The notes: generated by a model not told the origin, from the sequence alone. DNA of 64,000 bases from a bacterium (GCA_035402825.1 DAONDZ010000004.1:8456-72455); one strand, 5' to 3'; counted from the stretch's first letter, positions 9,213-17,906 are shown. A program made the numbers and translations.

Positions 9213-9821
9213 CTATATTTTATTCAAATAACGGCCGACAAATTCAATTAGTTCTTGGCCGATTACTTTTCGCCAAAAAGCATCCTTTTCTGCCGGAGAT
9301 ATTTCCGCGGTATATTTTCCGGTCTCCGGATCAATTTGAATTGATTCCAGCGGATAGCCTTCAATTACCTTGCTACTTCTTTGACTCACAAACTTCCGCG
9401 GCGACTTGATACTCATCTCCTCAGTTCGTCCGTCTGGGAAAGCCAAACAAATACCATATTCCCAATAGCCGGAGACTTCCCCGCCCAATTTAGCTATGAG
9501 CTGGGAATAATAGTCTATCGGCTCTTCGTCTGTCGGCCGGTCAACCCGACCGGGAATGCGGCGGACATTAAGTCCGGGCTGTTCTTCTGGGGACAAACCG
9601 TCTAAATAAAGGGCGTTGTCCATAGAAAGTATAGACTGCTTCAAAGCAGTGGCATAAAAGACAGCCTTCAGCCGGGCATTCTCTAAAACAGTCTGGCCAT
9701 CTTCCGGTGCCTCACCCAAATAATTATCCGGCAGTCCTTGAACAGAAAAACCCAAAGGCTCTAGGATGCCCCTAACTTGTTCTACCTTAGCTTTATTTTT
9801 AGTACCAATAATTAAAGTCAT
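9213..9821 (-). CDS. Non-canonical purine NTP pyrophosphatase (Ham1/RdgB family)
   Basis: N-terminus LIIGTKNKAKVEQV resembles the ATxNxxKxxE motif. Confidence 0.55.
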   Translation of the reverse strand: MTLIIGTKNKAKVEQVRGILEPLGFSVQGLPDNYLGEAPEDGQTVLENARLKAVFYATALKQSILSMDNALYLDGLSPEEQPGLNVRRIPGRVDRPTDEEPIDYYSQLIAKLGGEVSGYWEYGICLAFPDGRTEEMSIKSPRKFVSQRSSKVIEGYPLESIQIDPETGKYTAEISPAEKDAFWRKVIGQELIEFVGRYLNKI

Positions 9822-9827
9822 AATAAT

Positions 9828-10166
9828 TTATCCTAGCTTGGCGCCGTTGGGAACTTCCTTATCCGGAACCGCCAAAACGACCGAGCCATCTTCCCGATAG
9901 AATCCCGAACAAAGAAACTCGGAAATAAAGGGACCGATTTGTTTGGGCGAAAAATTAACTACGCCAATGATTCTTTTATTTAATAAGTCTTCTTGACTAT
10001 AGAGATTGGTAATTCGGGCGCTAGATTTTTTAATGCCAACTTCCAGCCCGAAATCCACCGTCAGCTTATAGGCTGGCTGGTTGGCTTCCGGAAAACTCTG
10101 CACGCCAATTATTGTGCCCACCCGCAATTCAATCTTTTCAAATTCGTTCCAAGTAATTGGTTCCAT
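9828..10166 (-). CDS. tRNA-binding domain protein (CsaA/YgjH type)
   Basis: 112 aa; EKIELRVGTI...AYKLTVDFG...SAxIT OB-fold pattern. Confidence 0.7.
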   Translation of the reverse strand: MEPITWNEFEKIELRVGTIIGVQSFPEANQPAYKLTVDFGLEVGIKKSSARITNLYSQEDLLNKRIIGVVNFSPKQIGPFISEFLCSGFYREDGSVVLAVPDKEVPNGAKLG

Positions 10167-10192
10167 ATAAAACTAATTCTTTGTTCTAATAA

Positions 10193-10882
10193 TTATAATT
10201 TATACTCCACAAACTTTCCTTGATCCGGTCGGATTTTACAAAAGAAAATTCGTTTATTTTTTAAATCATAAATAAATGAGCATTTGGTAGTAATCCACCA
10301 AGGCGGCCCACTGCAAATACTTTTGTCGGGATAGCCTTGCCGGTCGGAAAGAAATTTAATGATTCCAGAAAAGGACTTAATATCTCCAACTATCTCTTGA
10401 GCCCTCTTATATCTCGCCCTAGCCCAATCTCTAATCGTCTTCAAACGAGCGCCGTTCTGTTTATTCAATTTAACGCTGAGATTAGTAATGGCACTATGAT
10501 CTCTGAGTTTAGTGACAGCAAATTCAGAGGGAGTTTTTTCAATAATGAAAGCCTGACTGGAATTAGCAACAATCATATTAGCCGAAACTCGGCTGCTTTC
10601 TATAATCTTTAAAATGTCAGTGATATTGTCTTGATCTAATATTTTTCTGGCTATTTGCGAAGGCATTAAATGTCTAACCCTGGGATAAGGCTGCAGAGTA
10701 GCCTCAATCAACCCGATGCCATGTTCGTTTATCCCCTCGCAATGCCCGTGCTCATCAACAATCAACAGCTTTTTTGTTCCCTTGTCTTCCCTAACGACCC
10801 TGGTATCAATCGGATATTCTCTATCTCGATTTTTAAAGATATAGAAATTATTATTAATTTTCTTCGCTCCCAGGGTGCACAT
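10193..10882 (-). CDS. Ntn-hydrolase, peptidase C45/acyltransferase-like
   Basis: Starts MCT (Cys2 as candidate N-terminal nucleophile), size and FKNRD pattern fit the family. Confidence 0.4.
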   Translation of the reverse strand: MCTLGAKKINNNFYIFKNRDREYPIDTRVVREDKGTKKLLIVDEHGHCEGINEHGIGLIEATLQPYPRVRHLMPSQIARKILDQDNITDILKIIESSRVSANMIVANSSQAFIIEKTPSEFAVTKLRDHSAITNLSVKLNKQNGARLKTIRDWARARYKRAQEIVGDIKSFSGIIKFLSDRQGYPDKSICSGPPWWITTKCSFIYDLKNKRIFFCKIRPDQGKFVEYKL

Positions 10883-10892
10883 ATAGATTTGA

Positions 10893-11366
10893 TTAGCCCA
10901 CTGATAATTGAATCATCGGAATATTAGACATTCTGATGTCTTCTTCAATCTGCTGCTGCATATTCTTAGCGTCAATAAAATTAGCCCCTCTTAATTCCGT
11001 GCGCTGGCGCAATAGCTCATCGCTAATGTGAAGATAGACTATCAAATCACTATCCAGCACTACGGTGCCAAAAACCGGCCGACCGTTTTCAACTTTCACC
11101 TTTTCCCTAACTAACCTAGCCATAGTTTCTCCAATCGCTGGAGTCCAGGGATGCTGGCAGACATAATCATGTTCCTCCTGAGTTAATTGGGGAAAAACTA
11201 ATTCGTCCATATCGGCGGCGTCGGGAAGATCTTTTAAAAAAGTAGTTTTACCGGTACAGGTAGTACCGACGACCACCACCCGCTTATCCTTATTTTTATC
11301 CAAAAGATTAACCAAATCATTTAATAGTTCATGATTATTCAATTGTTCCGAAATAATATTTTCCAT
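10893..11366 (-). CDS. P-loop NTPase/kinase
   Basis: Walker A VVVGTTCTGKTT. Confidence 0.5.
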   Translation of the reverse strand: MENIISEQLNNHELLNDLVNLLDKNKDKRVVVVGTTCTGKTTFLKDLPDAADMDELVFPQLTQEEHDYVCQHPWTPAIGETMARLVREKVKVENGRPVFGTVVLDSDLIVYLHISDELLRQRTELRGANFIDAKNMQQQIEEDIRMSNIPMIQLSVG

Positions 11367-11371
11367 ACAAT

Positions 11372-11671
11372 CTAAGAAACATTATTAGGCTTAACCAAAC
11401 TCTTCTTGGCTCGCAGCTTGTATTTTATAGACAAAAATAGCACTAGCCAGGAACCGATGGCGCCAATGATAAAGCTCAAGATCAAAACTAGGTCATGAAT
11501 AAAGAATCCATATAAGGTCCAAAGCAAAGTGCCAAAAGCAAAAACAATAAAAGCCGCCAAAGAAATACTGTCGGCTGATTTAGTTTTGTAAATCTTATAA
11601 GCCTGAGGGAAATATCCCACGGACATCATGATACCGACAATGGTGGTCAGTATTGAAAAAATTTTCATCAT
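11372..11671 (-). CDS. SemiSWEET (single PQ-loop, 3-TM sugar transporter)
   Basis: 99 aa, three TM helices, PQ motif (GYFPQAYKIYKTKSADSIS). Confidence 0.7.
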   Translation of the reverse strand: MMKIFSILTTIVGIMMSVGYFPQAYKIYKTKSADSISLAAFIVFAFGTLLWTLYGFFIHDLVLILSFIIGAIGSWLVLFLSIKYKLRAKKSLVKPNNVS

Positions 11672-11694
11672 ATAATATATAAATTATAATAAAT

Positions 11695-12072
11695 CTATTT
11701 CTCTCCTTTGACCTCCTGCCAAAATCTCTTGAAATAAGCAGACATAAAATCATGTCGGCTTCTAGAAATAGCCCGGCCGGTTTTAGTCAGCATCTTGTCC
11801 TTAATTTTTTTTAATTTAAACTCATACTCTAAAACCGCGGAATCTTCAATAGTATAAGAATAATTTTTCTTGGATTTGGCCAATTTAGTTTCATTTCCGG
11901 AGTATAGAGCGTGATGGAAATAGCCGGCAAATAAAAAATCTCGGCCAATGCCTACGGCTCCAATAGAATCCAGCTTGTCGGCATCAAAAAGAACTTTAGC
12001 TTCAATGGTTTGCGGAACATACTCATTGCGATAACGATGGGTAATAATACAATTGAAGTCGAAGCTGGTAAT
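11695..12072 (-). pseudogene. 5'-truncated HD-domain phosphohydrolase gene
   Basis: Frame open from 12072 with no start codon until TTG at 11883; translation ...ITHRYRNEYVPQTIEAKVLFDADKLDSIGAVGIGRDF... is the C-terminal half of an HD domain; N-terminal His/Asp part missing; break abuts repeat at 12075. Confidence 0.65.
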
Positions 12073-12074
12073 TT

Positions 12075-12168
12075 AAAAAATCGCCAATATTAGTTTCAAA
12101 CAGCCCTATGATGTGCTGTCTAAAATACCAAATAAAGACGATTTTTCACTAATGCGGAGAGGGTGGGA
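12075..12168. repeat. Direct repeat copy 1 (recombinase 3' end + tRNA-Ser 3' end core)
   Basis: Hand alignment to 15335-15429: about 80 of 95 positions identical, including tgcggagaggg core. Confidence 0.8.
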
Positions 12169-12211
12169 TATAGTTGGAATGATTTTAACTGTTATTGATT
12201 AATTTTAAACA

Positions 12212-14272
12212 TTACTCTAATCCACCTACTTCTATTTTTCTAATATCACTAGATATAGCGCCTAAACTTAGGGCTTTCATAATTTCATACATACTATCTT
12301 GAGTTCCTCCATACCATCTTTTACCATTATGAATATACCAAATCTCACCATGAGAATTGGGCCCCGAAACCTGCAACATCATTTTTCCTTCTAATCTATT
12401 AACTAAATTATTATCATAATTATATTTCTGATTATTTACTGGATTATAATTATTTAATAATTCTTCTTTATCATTATAACCATCACCATCAGTATCAGCT
12501 TTGTTAGGGTCTGTTCCTAAAGCAATTTCTAGTCTATCTGGTAAACCGTCGCCATCCATATCAGTCAAATTATATAAATTTTCTGGGATACCTACTGGTA
12601 TTTTTTGCAAATTTTCATAAGTTATACCTGTGGCTAATTTAGCGCCGATGCTTAAAGCCGCTTCGCCATTTTCGAAATAGAATCTGTTTAATGACGCAGG
12701 GTCAACATACCAAAGACGACCATAATTTTCTACATCTAAAAACATGGTTCCAGCATATTTTTCAGAAAATGCTTGATTAATTTGAGTTAATTTCTGTTCA
12801 AGCTCAATTACTAGTTTTTCCATTTCGCTGATTCTTCTTTCTAAATTTAAAACAATTTCTGATCCATTATTGGAAGAAGCGGATGAACCCACAGAAGAGT
12901 TTGTTCCTTGAGGGAAATAAGTCGGCGTGCCTTTTACGGAGTTAACATTATTAACTAAATTGCTATCACTAAAACTATTGTCTGTATCAATTATAGCTTT
13001 AAACAAATATTCGGTGCCATCTGTAAATTCTATCGTATCTAATAAATAGTTAGGTTTATTAAAAACTACTGTATATTGCTCACCTGGAGCTAGGCTATTT
13101 TTACCAAAAGCATTTATATTAATTTTGGCATTATAAACATTGCCTTTCCCAAAACAATTATTGACTCCGCAAGCTTCTATTTCGGAATAATTAGTTCCGT
13201 AAATTAGGGTTAACCCAGTATTTGGATTAACACTTTCGGTGCCAAAATTTTTAACAATCACTTTAATTTGGTTGGTTCCGTCATCACTTATTCTTTTTTC
13301 TAAAACACCTAGGCTAATAATGCCTAAATCTGCTTTTGAGGTGGTAGCCACATGGCAATCGCCAATAACTATTACTTGCGAAAGAGTATTATTATTTTCA
13401 TTGGATTCTACCAATTCATTAGCGTTATCAACTGTAAACTGAATATATAAATTTCCTGAGGTGTTAAATTTTCCGACCCAAGTGAAGATAATCGATTCAT
13501 TTGTTCCCAGTGGATTGGCGACCGTTGGTAAAGCTCTGTTTGTTTGAAAATTAAGAATACCAGCAGTTGGACTCATGAAAACAAAATTTTGACTGGAAAG
13601 ATTATTATACCAATTTAATAAGCCCGTGCTATCAGTCAATGCTCCGCCTAAATTCTTAATGGTCACGGACAAGGTTCCTTGTTGTCCAGGCTCCGCATTT
13701 ACTCCTGATTGGCAATTATCAGCCGTAAATTTAATGTCGGAAACGGTTAAATCTTTTGAGGTGGTAGCCACATGGCAATCGCCAATAACTATTACTTGCG
13801 AAAGAGTATTATTATTTTCATTGGATTCTACCAATTCATTAGCGTTATCAACTGTAAACTGAATATATAAATTTCCTGAGGTGTTAAATTTTCCGACCCA
13901 AGTGAAGATAATCGATTCATTTGTTCCCAGTGGATTGGCGACCGTTGGTAAAGCTCTGTTTGTTTGAAAATTAAGAATACCAGCAGTTGGACTCATGAAA
14001 ACAAAATTTTGACTGGAAAGATTATTATACCAATTTAATAAGCCCGTGCTATCAGTCAATGCTCCGCCTAAATTCTTAATGGTCACGGACAAGGTTCCTT
14101 GTTGTCCAGGCTCCGCATTTACTCCTGATTGGCAATTATCAGCCGTAAATTTAATGTCGGAAACGGTTAAATCCGCTAGACTATCAGCCCGCGCATTTAA
14201 CGAAAATAAGGAAAACGATAAAAAAGCAGACAAGCAAAAAACAGTTGAAAATTTTAAAACTTTGTTTAACAT
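12212..14272 (-). CDS. Secreted surface protein: signal peptide, 3 CARDB-like domains (2 identical), coiled coil, TSP3-type Ca-binding repeats
   Basis: 686 aa; signal peptide ...SLFSLNARA/DS; aa34-173 = aa174-313 identical; DMDGDGLPD...DTDGDGYND; two GExWY modules. Confidence 0.8.
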   Translation of the reverse strand: MLNKVLKFSTVFCLSAFLSFSLFSLNARADSLADLTVSDIKFTADNCQSGVNAEPGQQGTLSVTIKNLGGALTDSTGLLNWYNNLSSQNFVFMSPTAGILNFQTNRALPTVANPLGTNESIIFTWVGKFNTSGNLYIQFTVDNANELVESNENNNTLSQVIVIGDCHVATTSKDLTVSDIKFTADNCQSGVNAEPGQQGTLSVTIKNLGGALTDSTGLLNWYNNLSSQNFVFMSPTAGILNFQTNRALPTVANPLGTNESIIFTWVGKFNTSGNLYIQFTVDNANELVESNENNNTLSQVIVIGDCHVATTSKADLGIISLGVLEKRISDDGTNQIKVIVKNFGTESVNPNTGLTLIYGTNYSEIEACGVNNCFGKGNVYNAKININAFGKNSLAPGEQYTVVFNKPNYLLDTIEFTDGTEYLFKAIIDTDNSFSDSNLVNNVNSVKGTPTYFPQGTNSSVGSSASSNNGSEIVLNLERRISEMEKLVIELEQKLTQINQAFSEKYAGTMFLDVENYGRLWYVDPASLNRFYFENGEAALSIGAKLATGITYENLQKIPVGIPENLYNLTDMDGDGLPDRLEIALGTDPNKADTDGDGYNDKEELLNNYNPVNNQKYNYDNNLVNRLEGKMMLQVSGPNSHGEIWYIHNGKRWYGGTQDSMYEIMKALSLGAISSDIRKIEVGGLE
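13333..14173. repeat. Perfect 2 x 420-bp tandem duplication inside CDS
   Basis: 13333-13752 and 13753-14172 read identical base for base; in frame (140 codons). Confidence 0.9.
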
Positions 14273-15334
14273 AATTTTTTAAATTAAAATTTTATTATAT
14301 TTTTAGAATACCACAAAAATCAGCCAAAAACAAGCCCAAATTATCAACCTTGCCCCAGCCTAAAATCTATGCCAAAATAGACCTATGACAACCGACCAAA
14401 TCAAAAACCAAATAACAGCTTATGTCCGCAAATTCAAGGAAAATTCGGGCATGTTTAAGAGTTTTGAGGTTATATCTGATTATGTTGATTTTTTAGAATC
14501 AGAGCCATATCTAAAAGAACTTTTAACCCCCATTATAAGTTATATCAAAACGAGGGTTTTCGAAGTCGGGCAGGCAGAAAATATCATAAGAGTAAAATTC
14601 ATAAAATCCTCGGTCAGTCTTTCTATTGTGGAATTATGGAAAAAGACGGCGAAAAATATTTAGGAAAATATGAGCCGATCATTTCCAAGGAGTTATTTGA
14701 TAATGTCCAAGAAGTGATTAACAAAAAAGCTCATGTTAAACATCAAGTTATTCCCTTTGCTTTTAGAGGCATATTAAAATGTGCCAAGTGCGGTTGCCAA
14801 TTAACCGCCTCAAAAAAGAAAGGTCGGTTAACTTATTATTACTGCACCAACGGCAAAGGTAATTGTGGGGAGCATAAGGCTTATTTGAAAGAAGAAGATT
14901 TATCTAAAGAATTAAGTGGAGTATTTGACGACCTGCTTTTTGACGAGGAATTAATTGAGTTAGTTTATCAAGCTAAACTAGAGGAGCAAGATAAATCCCT
15001 ATCTTATTTTGACGAGTCCATTAACAGCCTCAAAGGTAGGCTTAAAACGCTTGAGGAACGCAAGAATGCCTTGCTAGACGGATATTTGGATAAGACCATA
15101 GCCCAAGCCGACTACGAGGCTAAGAACAAGATAATCAATAGCGAGGCAGTTGATATTAAAAAGAGTTTAGAGGAGTTAGAGGCTAGAAAAAAGGGTCAAG
15201 ACAAAGATACTTTGGAACGGATAAAAAATGTATTTTTAGAGCCTAAAAGAATGAAAGAAGACTTTAAATCGTTTACTCCCGATAAACAGAGGGATATGCT
15301 TATTTCCTTACTTTGGAACGCCGAAGTTGCCAAC

Positions 15335-15429
15335 AAAAAAATCGCTAATATTTCTTTCAAACAGCCTTATGACGTGCTGTCTAAAATTGAAAATAAAAGC
15401 GATTTTTCTTCAGTGCGGAGAGGGAGGGA
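15335..15429. repeat. Direct repeat copy 2
   Basis: See 12075-12168. Confidence 0.8.
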
Positions 15430-15502
15430 TTCGAACCCTCGGTACCCTTTCGGGCACGACAGTTTTCAAGACTGTTCCATTCAACCGCTCTGGCACCTCT
15501 CC
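15416..15502 (-). tRNA. tRNA-Ser (anticodon UGA)
   Basis: Hand-folded: acceptor GGAGAGG/CCTCTCC, anticodon arm ACAGT-CTTGAAA-ACTGT, long variable arm, T-arm GAGGG-TTCGAAT-CCCTC, discriminator G; CCA not encoded. Confidence 0.9.
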
Positions 15503-15534
15503 TAAACGGCTAAGGGTATTATACTAACCCCACT

Positions 15535-15567
15535 AAAAAAAAGAAAGGGGGCTTTTTGCCCCCTTTT
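15535..15567. terminator. Bidirectional hairpin terminator
   Basis: aaagggggc(15544-52)/gcccccttt(15558-66), A-run and T-run on either side. Confidence 0.7.
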
Positions 15568-15569
15568 CA

Positions 15570-15836
15570 TTAATTTATCTTTCTGGATAGTCTTTCGGCT
15601 TGAAGCTTCCTCCGGGTGGCTCCACTCATAATCAAAAGATTTAAAGGAATGCAAGCGATTCCCCGCCAAGGATCATTCTCGGAGAGCACTCCGACTATGC
15701 CGTCATCTTCCAATGTTTCGGGCATGACAATGACTAAGTCCTTGGGTTTTAGACCGACCAGAGCCAAAAGCTCTTCGTTGCCGTTTTTTACAATAGAAAA
15801 GTCCATTGCAAACGGATTTAATTTTTTTATATTCAC
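15570..15836 (-). CDS. Hypothetical protein (88 aa)
   Basis: ORF with terminator directly downstream; no recognisable motif. Confidence 0.45.
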   Translation of the reverse strand: MNIKKLNPFAMDFSIVKNGNEELLALVGLKPKDLVIVMPETLEDDGIVGVLSENDPWRGIACIPLNLLIMSGATRRKLQAERLSRKIN

Positions 15837-15886
15837 GATTTCTAGTTTTTAATTAACAATATCCCCAATCTAGCACGATAATGGGG

Positions 15887-16474
15887 TTAAGTCAACAAGA
15901 GGTTGAACCCTAATTTTTTCAGTTCGCGGCGCCGGGCCTTAAAATCCGGCACGGTTCTTTCCACTTGTGCCCAGAAACGGGGTGAATGATTTAATTCCCG
16001 CAAATGGCAAAGTTCATGGACGATGATATAGTCGGCCAAGGCTTCGGGCAAAAATATGAGGCGATAATTGAAATTGAGATTCCCATCCTTGGAGCAACTT
16101 CCCCAGCGAGTTCGCTGGTCCCGGATACTCACTCTCTGGAAATGGAAATCATAGTATCTATTGAAATAATCCAGCTTGGCCTCCACAAATTTCCTGGCCT
16201 GAGCCCGCTGTTTGCGATCTTCGGTGGGGTTAATTGGTTTAGTGGTTTGGCGAGGAATATTTTTTAACTTTTCCGCCAGCCAATCCCGCTTGGACCACAA
16301 AAACTTTTCCGCCCGAGCTTCACTCACCCAGCGAGGACGCGACAAGCTCAAGCGGCCGTCGGGATAGATACTAATTTTAATTTGCCGGGACAAAGGATTG
16401 GCGCGAGAAATATATTCTCTCTCCTCACCGGCAATATTTATGGTCTTGTGTTTTATCATATCACCATCATACAA
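15887..16474 (-). CDS. YgjP/DUF45-type zinc metallopeptidase (M48-like)
   Basis: RWGSCS...NFNYRL...HELCHLRELNHSPRFW. Confidence 0.75.
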   Translation of the reverse strand: MYDGDMIKHKTINIAGEEREYISRANPLSRQIKISIYPDGRLSLSRPRWVSEARAEKFLWSKRDWLAEKLKNIPRQTTKPINPTEDRKQRAQARKFVEAKLDYFNRYYDFHFQRVSIRDQRTRWGSCSKDGNLNFNYRLIFLPEALADYIIVHELCHLRELNHSPRFWAQVERTVPDFKARRRELKKLGFNLLLT

Positions 16475-16496
16475 GATATTGTCTTCCCAGACAAAC

Positions 16497-16524
16497 CAAA
16501 ACGCCTCCCGCAGGAGGCGTTTTG
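16497..16524 (-). terminator. Rho-independent terminator of 16536-17906
   Basis: aaacgcctcc-cgca-ggaggcgttt hairpin, T-run on minus strand. Confidence 0.7.
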
Positions 16525-16535
16525 AAAAGGTATAC

Positions 16536-17906
16536 TTAGAAGTTCAATTGCAAATTATTGCTATACACTCCACAAGCGCCGCCTAAATATTCGCAAACCC
16601 GGAAATTATGAGTACCGGCCGGCAAATCACTCCAAGAATCACTGCGCACAGTAGGGCTGCTTAGGTAGTGATAGGTATCACCGGGATAAATAGGATTCTC
16701 ATGACCAGCTACCACCACCTTAAAACCGTTAGGAGAGGTCATATTGGCCAAAGTCCAATTCAAGTTAATTTTGCCATCAACTACATTGCCGGTTAAAGTA
16801 ATGGAACCATCGGTATTGGAAACCGGCTGCAATATCGTGACCTTATAATTATTACTATACACCCCGCAAGCGCCGCCGAGATATTCACAAACGCGGAAAT
16901 AATAGGTACCGGAGTCCAAATCAGACCAAGCATCGCTGCGGACATCCGGACTGGTTAGATAGTGGTAGTCGTCACCGGGATAAACCGGATTTTCGTGAGT
17001 AGCTACCACCACTTTGAAACCGTTAGGAGAGGTCATATTGGCCAAAGTCCAATTCAAATCTATAGTGCCATCATGATTAGCGCCGGTCAAAGTGATGGAA
17101 CCGTTGCTATTGTTCAAGTTTCCCTCCACTTCGCTGCTCTGATTATCCGCCTCCAAATTACCAGTCTCAATATTGTTTAAATTCTGATTGGTAATGCCCA
17201 AACTCAAATTGCGCATTATCTTATAAGCCTCTTCTCCATTCTTGAGATAGTATAATATACCGGTCTTGGGATGAATATAATAAGCCTCACCGTGATTCTC
17301 TACCTGCAAAACTATTTTGCCTTTTAACCTTTCTATCAAATCAGCTTGCTTGGCTTTTAATTTCTCTAAGTTTTTATTGGAAACCCCCAACCCCATTTGG
17401 CGCATCATGGTATAGGCGGTATCACCGTCTTTCAAATAATAACGCAAACCGTTATCCGGACTAACATACCAAGCTTCACCATGTTTTTCCACTTGCAATA
17501 ATATCCAACCCTTAACCACTGACAAAGCCTTAGCTACTCCGGTCAATTTAGACTCAGAAGCAGCCGGAGCGGCTACATCAGCCGTGGTTTTGGAAATCAA
17601 AGTGGCTCCCACCCAACCGGTGGTGCCATCGGTATCTTTCACCTTATACCAGCCGTCCATTTCTGCAATCACCGGAACAATCTTTCCTTTCTCCAAGACG
17701 CGGATAACTTCAGACTCGGCCATGCAAGGCATGTTGCGCAGGCGCAGAGCCATAATAACCTGGCCGTTGAAATTGCGTTCATACACTGGGTCCTGGTTGC
17801 AGCTATACTCGCTCGCCGATCCCCCTTCATTAGCCAAAGCCGCAGTGACTAAGGTCAAAGAAAGAGCCAGCCCTAGAACCAAACCCAATAATTTGATTGG
17901 TTTCAT
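16536..17906 (-). CDS. Secreted protein: signal peptide, SH3b-like domain, 2 GEAWY modules, 2 FN3-like Cys-containing repeats
   Basis: 456 aa; signal peptide; GWYKVKDTDGTTGWV; aa132-183/195-246 and aa269-359/367-456 internal repeats. Confidence 0.75.
   Translation of the reverse strand: MKPIKLLGLVLGLALSLTLVTAALANEGGSASEYSCNQDPVYERNFNGQVIMALRLRNMPCMAESEVIRVLEKGKIVPVIAEMDGWYKVKDTDGTTGWVGATLISKTTADVAAPAASESKLTGVAKALSVVKGWILLQVEKHGEAWYVSPDNGLRYYLKDGDTAYTMMRQMGLGVSNKNLEKLKAKQADLIERLKGKIVLQVENHGEAYYIHPKTGILYYLKNGEEAYKIMRNLSLGITNQNLNNIETGNLEADNQSSEVEGNLNNSNGSITLTGANHDGTIDLNWTLANMTSPNGFKVVVATHENPVYPGDDYHYLTSPDVRSDAWSDLDSGTYYFRVCEYLGGACGVYSNNYKVTILQPVSNTDGSITLTGNVVDGKINLNWTLANMTSPNGFKVVVAGHENPIYPGDTYHYLSSPTVRSDSWSDLPAGTHNFRVCEYLGGACGVYSNNLQLNF

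Larger units (their letters stand above)
12064..15415. mobile_element. Degenerate integrated element at tRNA-Ser(UGA) (recombinase remnant + surface-protein cargo)
   Basis: Bounded by ~95-bp direct repeats (12075-12168 / 15335-15429) that contain recombinase 3' end plus tRNA 3' end; visibly more AT-rich than flanks (by eye); truncated chromosomal gene at left edge. Confidence 0.55.
14489..15505 (+). pseudogene. Large serine recombinase remnant (recombinase + zinc-ribbon + coiled-coil domains; catalytic resolvase domain absent)
   Basis: Frame open from 14489; KSKIHKILGQSFYCGIMEKDGEKYLGKYEPIISKELFDNVQ and GILKCAKCGCQLT...YYYCTNGKGNCGEH are typical large-serine-recombinase motifs; no S-R catalytic N-domain upstream (ORF 14385-14663 is in another frame and unrelated); frame runs antisense through the tRNA. 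Confidence 0.7.

Noticed and set aside
13333-14173. Regular repeats, considered as a possible CRISPR array.
   Set aside because: There are only two units of 420 bp with no spacers, entirely inside an open reading frame. This is a coding tandem duplication, not a CRISPR array.
14385-14663. 92-aa ORF upstream of the recombinase fragment, considered as an independent gene or as evidence of a programmed frameshift.
   Set aside because: Its 3' part is simply the wrong frame of the recombinase domain. Its 5' part has no recognisable motif and is not the missing resolvase catalytic domain. The locus is better explained as a decayed gene than as recoding.
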